This document shows positions 42,175 through 51,432 of a stretch of 64,000 nt of DNA, in pieces. The stretch lies in IMG/VR virus record IMGVR_UViG_3300027902_000007, one strand, 5' to 3'. How positions within the stretch are numbered: position 1 is the stretch's first letter; each line of letters starts with the position of its first letter. The translations under genes and the position numbers were made by a program. Origin of the DNA: an uncultured virus (IMG/VR IMGVR_UViG_3300027902_000007) (lineage: Duplodnaviria > Heunggongvirae > Uroviricota > Caudoviricetes). The notes beneath the pieces are model-generated. The model was not told the origin of the DNA, made no database searches, and saw only the letters and a list, made by a program, of their open reading frames with translations.

Positions 42175-42603
42175 TCAAGGTCTTATTGTTACATTGACAT
42201 TAATAACGTCACCGGCGAAGCATTCTCGAGAGAAGTCGACGACTTTCTGTGGGTCATATTCTCTACAGGAGAAAATATCGAAGTATATTGACTTGGTCTT
42301 GTCGATGAAGTGTCCTGACAGTAACGATGTCTCGACGAATTGAGAAAACGAGTAACCTGCGAGGTTGCCTTTGCCCGTTTGCCTGAGCTGCAGCTCTCCC
42401 ACAGGCACCATTTGTATCAATTTCAGCAGGTCAGACACGTACTTGTGAATAATATTAGCATCTTGCATCTTCTCAATGTTGCAATTTTTGAGGTCAATAG
42501 CGGTACAAAGTCCCATAGAACCGGAAGTTTTATATTTTTTTACAATATTAACGACGTCCGTTATTTTCCGAAAATCATTTTGTATTTTAGATAAATACTT
42601 CAT
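42175..42603 (-). CDS. speD: S-adenosylmethionine decarboxylase proenzyme with IQxDF leader
   Basis: IDLKNCN, GYS..QFVETSLLSGHF and YFDIFSC motifs; starts MKYLSKIQNDF. Confidence 0.75.
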   Translation of the reverse strand: MKYLSKIQNDFRKITDVVNIVKKYKTSGSMGLCTAIDLKNCNIEKMQDANIIHKYVSDLLKLIQMVPVGELQLRQTGKGNLAGYSFSQFVETSLLSGHFIDKTKSIYFDIFSCREYDPQKVVDFSRECFAGDVINVNVTIRP

Positions 42604-42604
42604 G

Positions 42605-43585
42605 TTAATCCCACATTTTGAACTTCTTGCCATCAACCTCGTGTAGGAGAGTTAGTGGGATCCGCCAAGTGCCAACCACGACCTTTGACCCTTTGGCCTC
42701 TGTCACTTTTCCGCTCGCAGTCCCAGTCTCAGGATCGTATCCCGGAGGGGCCTGCTTTTCGTACCTTGCACGACCAAAACTGCCACGTATAGTCTTATAA
42801 CCAGGCGTGAACTTAGTCTTCCAAGAAACTTTCTTACCTATGAGATCTTTGGCTGTGACCGGCGATTTTGTTTTCTCTGATTTGGGCGGCTCTTGGGATT
42901 TAGTTATCAACTCTACCGGCACCCTCCAGCCTGTGTCGGTCGTGACCATCACTCCGCCACGTCTACCGCTTTTGACTTTCAACACACGACCGGACATCGT
43001 CTGACCCGGGTACTTGTGTGACTTCCAAGTGATCATCTTACCCACTAAATGTGAGTGCTTTTCTTTTTCTTTCTTTTGCTGTTCTTTTGACTCAGACCTT
43101 TCTTTTTGGCGCTCTCCTAAAGAGTCAAATTTTTCTTGCAATTCTGAAGGTAATTTTTTATCGCCGTGCGCGATGTAATGTTTAAGAAGTTCCTGCTGAA
43201 TTTCTAATGGTTCATTTCTCTCACCGGCAGCTTCAACGGCGGTGCCGTCAAGATCACCTTGTGCACGCCGTTCACGGTTCCAAGCAGCTTCTAAACGTCT
43301 ATCTATTTTTGCCTGCAATTCTTGTATCCGCTCTTTTGCCCAAGTCTTAGGATTGGGTTTCTGCGACACTTTCTTGGCAAAGTCTGCGTACGTTCCTCGT
43401 GCAGAATCGTCGGCGTCGTCAGGCGCTTTCTGCACCGACTTGTCACCGCTATCTGGCCGCGCGGTTATTTTCCTTTTTGATTTCGGATGCCTGCTAAGGT
43501 AGCCCTTTTGGTCCTCGTAGGACATGTCTTTCCATTTCCTAGCTTCTTTTACAAATTCCGCTTGAATACTAGCTAAATATTTCAT
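42605..43585 (-). CDS. protein with shared IQxEF leader and W..Q..YL..HP motif; repeated LxGK.[IV].WK modules at the C-terminus
   Basis: GGAG RBS then MKYLASIQAEFVKEARKWKDMSYEDQKGYLSRHPKSKR. Confidence 0.65.
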   Translation of the reverse strand: MKYLASIQAEFVKEARKWKDMSYEDQKGYLSRHPKSKRKITARPDSGDKSVQKAPDDADDSARGTYADFAKKVSQKPNPKTWAKERIQELQAKIDRRLEAAWNRERRAQGDLDGTAVEAAGERNEPLEIQQELLKHYIAHGDKKLPSELQEKFDSLGERQKERSESKEQQKKEKEKHSHLVGKMITWKSHKYPGQTMSGRVLKVKSGRRGGVMVTTDTGWRVPVELITKSQEPPKSEKTKSPVTAKDLIGKKVSWKTKFTPGYKTIRGSFGRARYEKQAPPGYDPETGTASGKVTEAKGSKVVVGTWRIPLTLLHEVDGKKFKMWD

Positions 43586-43595
43586 GCTCTCTCCT

Positions 43596-43847
43596 TTATT
43601 TGCGCGTTTCACGTCTCTGTTTCTTTTTATAAGCATCGTAATCTTCTTTAAGTTCTCGTCTATATTCCGCTTCGTCTTCTCTACGTTTTTGACCAGGTGA
43701 CCTTTCATCAAACCATTTTTCACCAGTGCGCCGTCTCTTACTATGCGGATGTCTTTTTAAATATGCTCTCTGTTGTACTGGTGATAAGTCAGTCCATTTT
43801 CTTGCAACTTTTAAAAATTCTGCCTGAATACTGGCTAAATATTCCAT
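43596..43847 (-). CDS. protein with shared IQxEF leader and W..Q..YL..HP motif
   Basis: MEYLASIQAEFLKVARKWTDLSPVQQRAYLKRHPHSKR. Confidence 0.65.
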   Translation of the reverse strand: MEYLASIQAEFLKVARKWTDLSPVQQRAYLKRHPHSKRRRTGEKWFDERSPGQKRREDEAEYRRELKEDYDAYKKKQRRETRK

Positions 43848-43855
43848 TTAACGCC

Positions 43856-44026
43856 TCACTTATTCGTTATACGATCGGGATAGTTTCCTCGTTCGGCTGC
43901 CACGTTACCGGGCCTGTCCTCACCAACAATCTGCGTCACTTTTTTCTCAGCTTCTTTAGAGGCGATGTCCTCCCATTTGCGGGCTTCTTTTAAGAACTCA
44001 GTCTGTATTTCTGCAATGTGATTCAT
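43856..44026 (-). CDS. 56-aa protein with shared IQxEF leader (absent from the ORF track)
   Basis: translated by hand: MNHIAEIQTEFLKEARKWEDIASKEAEKKVTQ...RITNK. Confidence 0.6.
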   Translation of the reverse strand: MNHIAEIQTEFLKEARKWEDIASKEAEKKVTQIVGEDRPGNVAAERGNYPDRITNK

Positions 44027-44340
44027 AAGCCCTCATCTTTTAGCATCTGCTCTACTGTCTGAAGTTTTTGCTCATCAGACATCGCGTCCCAACCCGCAAG
44101 AGCCTTAATCTTCTCACGTACCCTGCCGACGTAATCAGGCTCACCCTGACCCTTAACACGGTTCATTGCAATTTCTCTCGACATGCGTTGTGTCCGATTA
44201 CCGATTTCCATATTTGACTCCTTTTGAATAAAAGGCGCCCGCAGTGTGCAGTTGAAGGCTTACCGATGCAGTTCACTCACCCATGAGGAGCGGGCGCCAC
44301 TAAACCACTTTCAATATAATATGAGTTATAAAATAAAGAA

Positions 44341-44925
44341 TTATGTTTTTTGGTGGGCCATGCTATATTTTTTATTTCTTTGCTGTATCGGATCCCATAT
44401 TTTTTTCCAATAATTATACTCACCGACGCCGATGTAACCGCCAAATGTATTCATTGGGCCTTGTTCGACGATCAACATAAATTTTTTTAAATGATGCTGT
44501 TGAATGACCCTCGCTGCTTTATCTCGAATAAATCTTAAAGTGTGATATGCATGTAGCCATAGGCGGGGACCGTGACCGTTCGTCCTTTCTCTATCATACT
44601 TGGGAGGATACTTACGACTTCGCTTATCGAGCAAATAAGTCCTATAATAATTCCTATCAGATATATGCAGATCTCCAAATGCAGTGCAATATATTGTAAT
44701 ATTATCCTTAGAGATTTTTTGTGAGAGCCAGTCTTTGACGCTCTCTGCATCCCAGTCTACAGTTATACGGTAACCGTTGTTTTTATAGAAGGACTTAGGT
44801 ATGTCAAGTAATGTCTTTTTAGTTTGAAATTTTAAATAAACAGTCAGACTTGATTCGTAATAGTCGTGGTTAACAATGACGTAGCCCAATTTTCTGAACC
44901 GGTCAAGAGTTTTTTGGATGTTCAT
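44341..44925 (-). CDS. hypothetical protein
   Basis: 194-aa co-oriented ORF. Confidence 0.55.
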   Translation of the reverse strand: MNIQKTLDRFRKLGYVIVNHDYYESSLTVYLKFQTKKTLLDIPKSFYKNNGYRITVDWDAESVKDWLSQKISKDNITIYCTAFGDLHISDRNYYRTYLLDKRSRKYPPKYDRERTNGHGPRLWLHAYHTLRFIRDKAARVIQQHHLKKFMLIVEQGPMNTFGGYIGVGEYNYWKKIWDPIQQRNKKYSMAHQKT

Positions 44926-45175
44926 TTTTTAAGTCCGCAATGAAATCAAACTTATTTACGGCCTGATTAAGTACTGGTGGCTGCGAGTATACTGTATGAC
45001 ATATTTGATCATTCTTTGGTGCGTCGCTATCGCCGTTATCCTCATCCTCTGCTAACGTTGAAGGCGATGGAGGCGGTGGGATACATCTACGACGATTAAA
45101 TAATAAGATCGCCACAGACAACACGGCAAGAAAAAATATCATGAAACTGATCGCCGTTACAATGACAGCATTCAT
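44903..45175 (-). CDS. single-TM protein with KFDF tail
   Basis: N-terminal TM helix, poly-Pro linker, VNKFDFI. Confidence 0.55.
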   Translation of the reverse strand: MNAVIVTAISFMIFFLAVLSVAILLFNRRRCIPPPPSPSTLAEDEDNGDSDAPKNDQICHTVYSQPPVLNQAVNKFDFIADLKNEHPKNS

Positions 45176-45374
45176 TTCTGATCCTCAAATTGTGGGAACT
45201 AAGACCCATATCCCAGTAAAAGTGCTCCTTGTGTAATCCTTGACGACGGACTGTGATGCATACCCGTACCACTGGTATAGCAATCCTTTATGAAAGCAGA
45301 AATACCAGGTCGGAACTGCTTGACTTTGGTCAGGAATCGCAGTAGTCCACAGGTATCCACTCTCTTGAAATGTC

Positions 45375-45665
45375 TCACTCATACGCCGGCTCCATCTGCG
45401 AGATAAAATCAAATTTATTGACGTTAACAGGCCTGCGCCGTCTGACGATGACTCCTCGTAGATATGTTGAGAATAGTTTACCAACCTCGCTGTCCTTGAC
45501 TAAAAACCATTTGTCATCTTCAAGAGAGAAGCACCACTCGTCACCTTCTTTTAAAGTGCCGTTAAGCGTGTCGTTCTCTATCTTAAAGTATTCATAATTG
45601 TCGTCAGTCTGGTAACCCATCATGAATCTCCTTACCGTAAAATAATCGTCAGCCGAATAACTCAC
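45375..45665 (-). CDS. hypothetical protein with KFDF tail
   Basis: VNKFDFI near the C-terminus. Confidence 0.55.
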   Translation of the reverse strand: MSYSADDYFTVRRFMMGYQTDDNYEYFKIENDTLNGTLKEGDEWCFSLEDDKWFLVKDSEVGKLFSTYLRGVIVRRRRPVNVNKFDFISQMEPAYE

Positions 45666-45680
45666 TGCGGAGTGTTCCTT

Positions 45681-46007
45681 TTAATCTGCAAGAATAAAGT
45701 CAAACTTGTTTTTCCTTAAGTCATGTAGCGTTATAAGCTCGTCTGCTACTTTATGGTCGCATAAATAGCACTTGTTATAATAAGGCACGCCGTTCTCGTC
45801 AACTTCGTGATGAAACATTTTTTCTTCACAGTCCATGTAAGAGTTAAACAACGCACCACAATTATTACAATAACTTTGACGCACTGTTGTGCTCATATTA
45901 TAGATAGTTGACATTACCATGTCGTCGTAATTTTCAATAATCTTATTATTTTTAGCTCTTTTTTCCACCGTCAAATTACCTGTTGAAAAAACTCTTATAT
46001 TTTTCAT
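45681..46007 (-). CDS. Cys-containing protein with KFDF tail
   Basis: CNNC...CYLC; ends in KNKFDFILAD. Confidence 0.55.
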   Translation of the reverse strand: MKNIRVFSTGNLTVEKRAKNNKIIENYDDMVMSTIYNMSTTVRQSYCNNCGALFNSYMDCEEKMFHHEVDENGVPYYNKCYLCDHKVADELITLHDLRKNKFDFILAD

Positions 46008-47055
46008 CGTGGTGCTCTTCACATAACGTGCGATCCATGAATGTAATCGTTATTTTACCACAACCCTTAACAGAACAAATGCTTTTTCTTTCTTCCGGCG
46101 CATAAGGATTACACCCGTAATCCCAATTATTTTTTCGATTGTGATTCCAAAATTTTCCCAATTCAGGCTTTTCCTTAATGATATCTGGCTCTCTCATTTC
46201 AGTACTCATTAATTTAAATACATCCTCGGCGGGAGTCAATTCAGGAAATACGTTTATAGAACTGCAATGGGGACAGGTGTCGTTAACCAACGAACTATAC
46301 AACATGTTCTGCGTGCGACAGTCAAAACAAAAATATTTATCTTTGCGGCGTTTGGGTTGGTAATTCACATTCAGGTCAATACGGGCCGCTTTAAGACAGC
46401 TAGGACATTCAGTCGAGTGACCCACGAGCCGATTACTAAAATCGTGGGCAACTGCGGCACACTCGGTCTCTGTTAGTTTATGATCCGTCGTTACCGTAAT
46501 CACAAACTGTCTCTCGAATTTTGGCATCATTTCCTCCTTATTTTATTTCCCTCTTTGACCCACTTACGGAGCCTCGAGCGATATTCCTTCTGCAGTTCTT
46601 CTAGTAGTCCCCTAAATCGGCTGCGTGACAGTCCCTTTACGAGACCAAATAAAGTCTGCAAAGCATTATCGTCAAGATATTCTAGATTGACGAGCTCAAT
46701 CAAGGCAGTTGCCAATGCCCTTGACTCCCCTCCGCAGGCAAACTTAAGCAGGGAGTCTGCCATCTGCATTCCTGCCTTTATAGTCCTACGGTTTGAATTA
46801 CTGAGATTTAAAGTCCTTACTTTTTTCATAACTTCGGAAGTCTCGGTAATTCTGCTTCCGTCCACAAACCTTCAGCACCTTCTTCCTTATACATCATATG
46901 TCCCCTTGTTATATACATAGGTATTTTATTTGCGCTAATATGAACTTCAACAAAGCATAGCTCTGGTTTACCGAGAAACGTTTTTCCGAATCTCCACCCA
47001 TAGAACCAATACGAACCTTTTTCGATCGGCCACTCTTTTGTCCATTTCATATTGT

Positions 47056-47271
47056 CTAATCTATTTTCATAATAAAATCAAATTTATTAATCATTTTTGG
47101 CAATTGTAGGTACACGATAAATTTTGGTTTGACAACGCGCTTAAGTTTTGGTTTGACAATTTGTTTAACAACGTCTTTTACAAAAATATAGAAATTAGCG
47201 TAAGCTGGGTAAAGTATTGCAATAACAAAGCATACGAGGAATATCGGTGTTATCTGCGTTATAAACGACAT
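47056..47271 (-). CDS. single-TM protein with KFDF tail
   Basis: N-terminal TM helix; ends in INKFDFIMKID. Confidence 0.55.
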   Translation of the reverse strand: MSFITQITPIFLVCFVIAILYPAYANFYIFVKDVVKQIVKPKLKRVVKPKFIVYLQLPKMINKFDFIMKID

Positions 47272-48138
47272 GCTTTCCTCATTGTGAAATTACGGTCTTT
47301 TCCACATAAGACGTCATTCCCTTTGGAATTGAATCCATGGTCGTCGAAGCAATAATAGCCTCAACGTCATTCGTCAGAGTGGCAGTTATGCCATTACCGA
47401 CATAAATTGTCGATCCCTTTTTGATCCTGATTTTCGTCCCAACAGGAATCGATTTCGTCGATTTAAAACCCTTACTTACCAGATTAAAACATTCATCCAT
47501 CTTTTTAAAACACTCATCCATCTTCTTAAAAGCAGCCTCAAAGTGTTTGTTCATATATCTCCTCTCTAATTATTTTGCTCGCTTGCTGTTCCTAATTTCC
47601 ACTTAGTATCCGGAACGCATAAAATATTCATCATAAATTTCACTGCCAACTGAGAAGCATGTTCAAATTTAAACATAACCATATTCGTTGTTTTATAATC
47701 TTCATCATCTACTGATCTATGCAGATAAGGCCAAACCGTGTCACCAAAAACGCCAATGCTGTCTTTTTGAATCCATACGGTGTCCCTTCTGTACCATAAA
47801 CCGGCTTCAACCAACTTATCAAAGTCGTATTGGTGAAATTTCTTCTCCTCGTCGTTATCTTCAAAAATCAAAAACGGGGAGCACGTTGGAGAACTATATT
47901 TTTGACTCTCGATAATCCAATAGGAATTCTGCCAGTCCATGCCGTCAACCCAGATCTCTGCGTAATAAGGATCCCTGTCAGGCTGACCTATTCTATGCTT
48001 GGTCGGATATGGCCAATTCTCAGAATGCACATTGTATTCTTCCCGGGCTCGCTTAACGAGTCCCACTGCAGCTAAAAAATGTGTCGACACACGTGAGGTA
48101 GTATTTACATCTATGTCCGGCATATTGCCTCCTAAATA

Positions 48139-48429
48139 TTACTCGTTTGCTACAATAAAATCAAACTTACTAACTTCTACAGCTCGTCTGGGCACACCTG
48201 CAGGAAAACACTCTCTAACAAACCTGCACTTGCTTGTTTCGTCTATCGGTATCACCTCCGACGGCCACTGCTCCGGATAACAAGAACGTATGTGTGCTCT
48301 ATCATCATCAGTCCCACTTACATAGGCATCGTATTTACACGTGCGACTATTTATTCGTTGCTGGCATAATAATGGTATTGGCAAGCATTGGTATTTCAAA
48401 GCCGTAAAGTCGTCATACATATTTTGCAC
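48139..48429 (-). CDS. Cys-containing protein with KFDF tail
   Basis: ends in VSKFDFIVANE. Confidence 0.55.
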   Translation of the reverse strand: MQNMYDDFTALKYQCLPIPLLCQQRINSRTCKYDAYVSGTDDDRAHIRSCYPEQWPSEVIPIDETSKCRFVRECFPAGVPRRAVEVSKFDFIVANE

Positions 48430-50090
48430 CTGCAGTTGCGTAACGGCTCACAGTTGTGCCCACGACATGCCGCGGACAACGTCATCCGACGGCTTATTTC
48501 ACACATGACCTCAAAAGTCAAAGACGGTCCGACGCCCTTGTACCCAGCTAAAAACTCGTTCCCATTCGTTGCCTGTATCAGCTTCACAATAGCATCCTCC
48601 TCATCTTTTATATCGCAAGACGTAACTAGCTTAAATGTCTTCCTATACATCCTCAAACCTCTTCCAATAAAGAATAGTCACATCTGTAGCCGCACCGTTT
48701 ATCTCTTTTACCTTTGCTATCAAGACACGGACGTCGTCAAATGACGTTACTAGCTTGTCCAGATCAACCTGCGCGCATCCAAAACCAGAATCATCGCCAT
48801 CTTGAAAAGAATATGACACAAAGTATTTCATTATGTCTCCTTATCTATTTTTCTTAGCATAATCAACTACTTTTCTATAGACTACTTTGATAGTAAGAAC
48901 TCCCGTTAAAACTGATATGGCACCTGATGAAATGATACAAATTACCGTCGGTACCCGCTCACCGAGACGACTACATACACTAAAATTAATAACACACATA
49001 TAATTAATCATCACGCACGACACACACAGTGCTATATACATTAACACTTTCAATACTGTCATCTAGCCCCCATCCTATACTTCTCCATGTACTCTTCGGC
49101 TAAGTTAAATAGTACGCCGAAGTCCCAAGCATCTCTGCCGACTAGAGGCTCGAACATAGTTGGACTCGTAAGTTTTTCATTAACTGTTTTGTCTTTTGGA
49201 TGAGTTAGCACTCCGACATATGAGTAATCCTCGTACCAGGTGTCGAGCACAAATCCGTTATCATAAGTAAAGACTTCATGGTACTGCTTGCCGTCATTAA
49301 TCTCCTCATTTTTGACTTCTTTAACAATGGTCTTGGACGTTGTGTAGAAGTGTTTGTCATCATACTTCAAATAGTCTCTATAAATCTGTTCGCTCAATTG
49401 CATCCCGCCTACTTTAGTAACTATCCAATCCACGTCCTCAATGACAATAATGTCACCAATCTTTTTAGCTCCTACAGGCATCACTGCTGTCCTATAACGT
49501 CCGTCCTTCTCTATTGTATAATGGCAGTAACTCATGGTGTTTCCTTAATCTCTTCCACTAAGTATGGTTCGACTGTTATGATGACAGATGCGCTGTGTCC
49601 TACTGGAAATTTAGCCGATATGAATCTATGCCGGCACACTATCTCCCCGACAGTGCCAGCTTTGATGATTAAGCCAGCAGGCGTAGTAATGTAGTCCTGT
49701 AATAGCTTGACTCTCATAGCGACGCTCATCTGAAATTGGATTACGAGAATTCCAAGAGTTATAATCAGAGGAAAACGTGATGAATGGCCTGCGCCCGGGA
49801 CTTTGCCCGTGCACGTCTATACTCATCTGCATGCACACAAGCTTTCTTCGTTACTTCTTCCCAGAATTTTTGTGGGTTGATGCTTTCCAACATCCATTGG
49901 ATTTCATCTTTGGAGGGTTTCTGTTTTTTGCATTTTTTCATGGAAACTTTTTATTGAGGAAGGCAGACAGCCTTGACACTCCTATCCAAAAAACTATTAA
50001 GATTGCTAAAACTATCTTACGGTTCTGCCACATGTCTGTAGTGAGACAGATAGCAATAAGCACGCACGCTCCTCCTAATAGCATAGAATG

Positions 50091-50480
50091 TTAAATTTTT
50101 TCATGTCTCCTCCTCGTTTGGACAATAGTGAATCTAGTAAAGCACACGTCATGACTGTCACCAAAATATTTGACGTTTCCTTTTTTAACCCGAATCTTAA
50201 ATATTCTATAATCGCAGTCGGGATTAAAGTAGGTACGTACGTTAAACCGCGCATCTTCCCTTGATACGTAAGCGTGGAATGCACCGGCAGTTATTTCATC
50301 ACCGATATCGATAAAAAACTTTCGTTCTGCCACGTTTTCTTTATTCGTATAAATTAACGTACGCTGATGCGGAGAGTAATATTTATTCTTATATTCAAGT
50401 GCGACTTTCCAAAAATAAAAATATTTCTGGCATTTTTTCTTCTTTTCCCGTGTTAGGTCACGGTCAATAGTGAGGCACAT
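50091..50480 (-). CDS. MCL...FHAY family phage protein, paralog 1
   Basis: MCLTID...YFYFWKV...YYSP...FHAY...KYFG..DVCFT. Confidence 0.6.
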   Translation of the reverse strand: MCLTIDRDLTREKKKKCQKYFYFWKVALEYKNKYYSPHQRTLIYTNKENVAERKFFIDIGDEITAGAFHAYVSREDARFNVRTYFNPDCDYRIFKIRVKKGNVKYFGDSHDVCFTRFTIVQTRRRHEKI

Positions 50481-51168
50481 ATCAGTCGTCTCTCTCATTT
50501 AGTATAAGTTGGAACTTAGTTGCCGAATTAACTGCTTTCGACAACGTCAGATGTGTGCAACTGTGATACTCTAGTTCTTTTTTTGTCCCTGTCTTGCCGC
50601 ACCGTGTGCAACAATAGTTGTCTCTTTTCCACTTAAACGTCTCAACACAGTGTTGCAGCTCATGTGTGACAATTCGGCCAATAATTAAACAGACGACCGT
50701 TAGAAAAACAACAATAAGAAAAATGCACAGAATAATCATTGTGTCCGTTTCATTTTCTTTTTCTTATTAATTTAATTGCTTCCTGCATTATCTCTTTTGA
50801 AATTATATTTTCTAGCCGTTTTAATCTTCTCCAGTGTGACACTTTCCAAATAAGGCATCCAAAGCCACCGTAACCACCACAGTACCAATCTTTGGCCCTT
50901 GAGTCCGTCCATGCAAACATTGTCGTCGATAAATCATTATTTGCGACTTCCAAATAGCAATAGGCAGGCGGTTTCTTTTTCCTTACGTCGTGCCATTCTG
51001 GAAGTTCAGCCTTACTTCTGCGTGCTGCGTTTGGGCAAGATAACGTCATTAGGTTTACCTTTTGCGTTCTGTTTAGCAAGGAATTTCATCGCAATTACTG
51101 TCTCGCATTTTTCAGGATCTTTCATGCAATCAGCCCGTTTACACAGATCAACATATTGGCATTTCATA

Positions 51169-51432
51169 TTACTTTAAAATTGTGTCAAGGATTACCACTC
51201 CGTCTATACGAACTTCCATTCTATGAGTTCCAAGTGACTGATGTTTGCTGGCTTCATGAAAAATGAGCGGAGCACTTACTGACCCTGTGTGTGTTAACGG
51301 AAATATCGGCTTGCTTGAACTAAATATGCTTGTGTTACGCACGGCACCGATTAAAAGTGTTGCCGCTATTGCCACGACAACTATTATTAAAAGAAGCTCA
51401 ATTAATGTAAAGCCTTTTGCCTGTTTTAGCAT
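51169..51432 (-). CDS. prepilin-type N-terminal cleavage/methylation motif protein
   Basis: KGFTLIELLLIIVVVAI class III signal (G/F...E5). Confidence 0.7.
   Translation of the reverse strand: MLKQAKGFTLIELLLIIVVVAIAATLLIGAVRNTSIFSSSKPIFPLTHTGSVSAPLIFHEASKHQSLGTHRMEVRIDGVVILDTILK

Noticed and set aside
49776..49817. Hairpin-rich segment that might be an ncRNA
   Set aside because: It lies inside a plausible unlisted minus-strand ORF (MKKCKKQ...AIHHVFL), so the structure is probably incidental.
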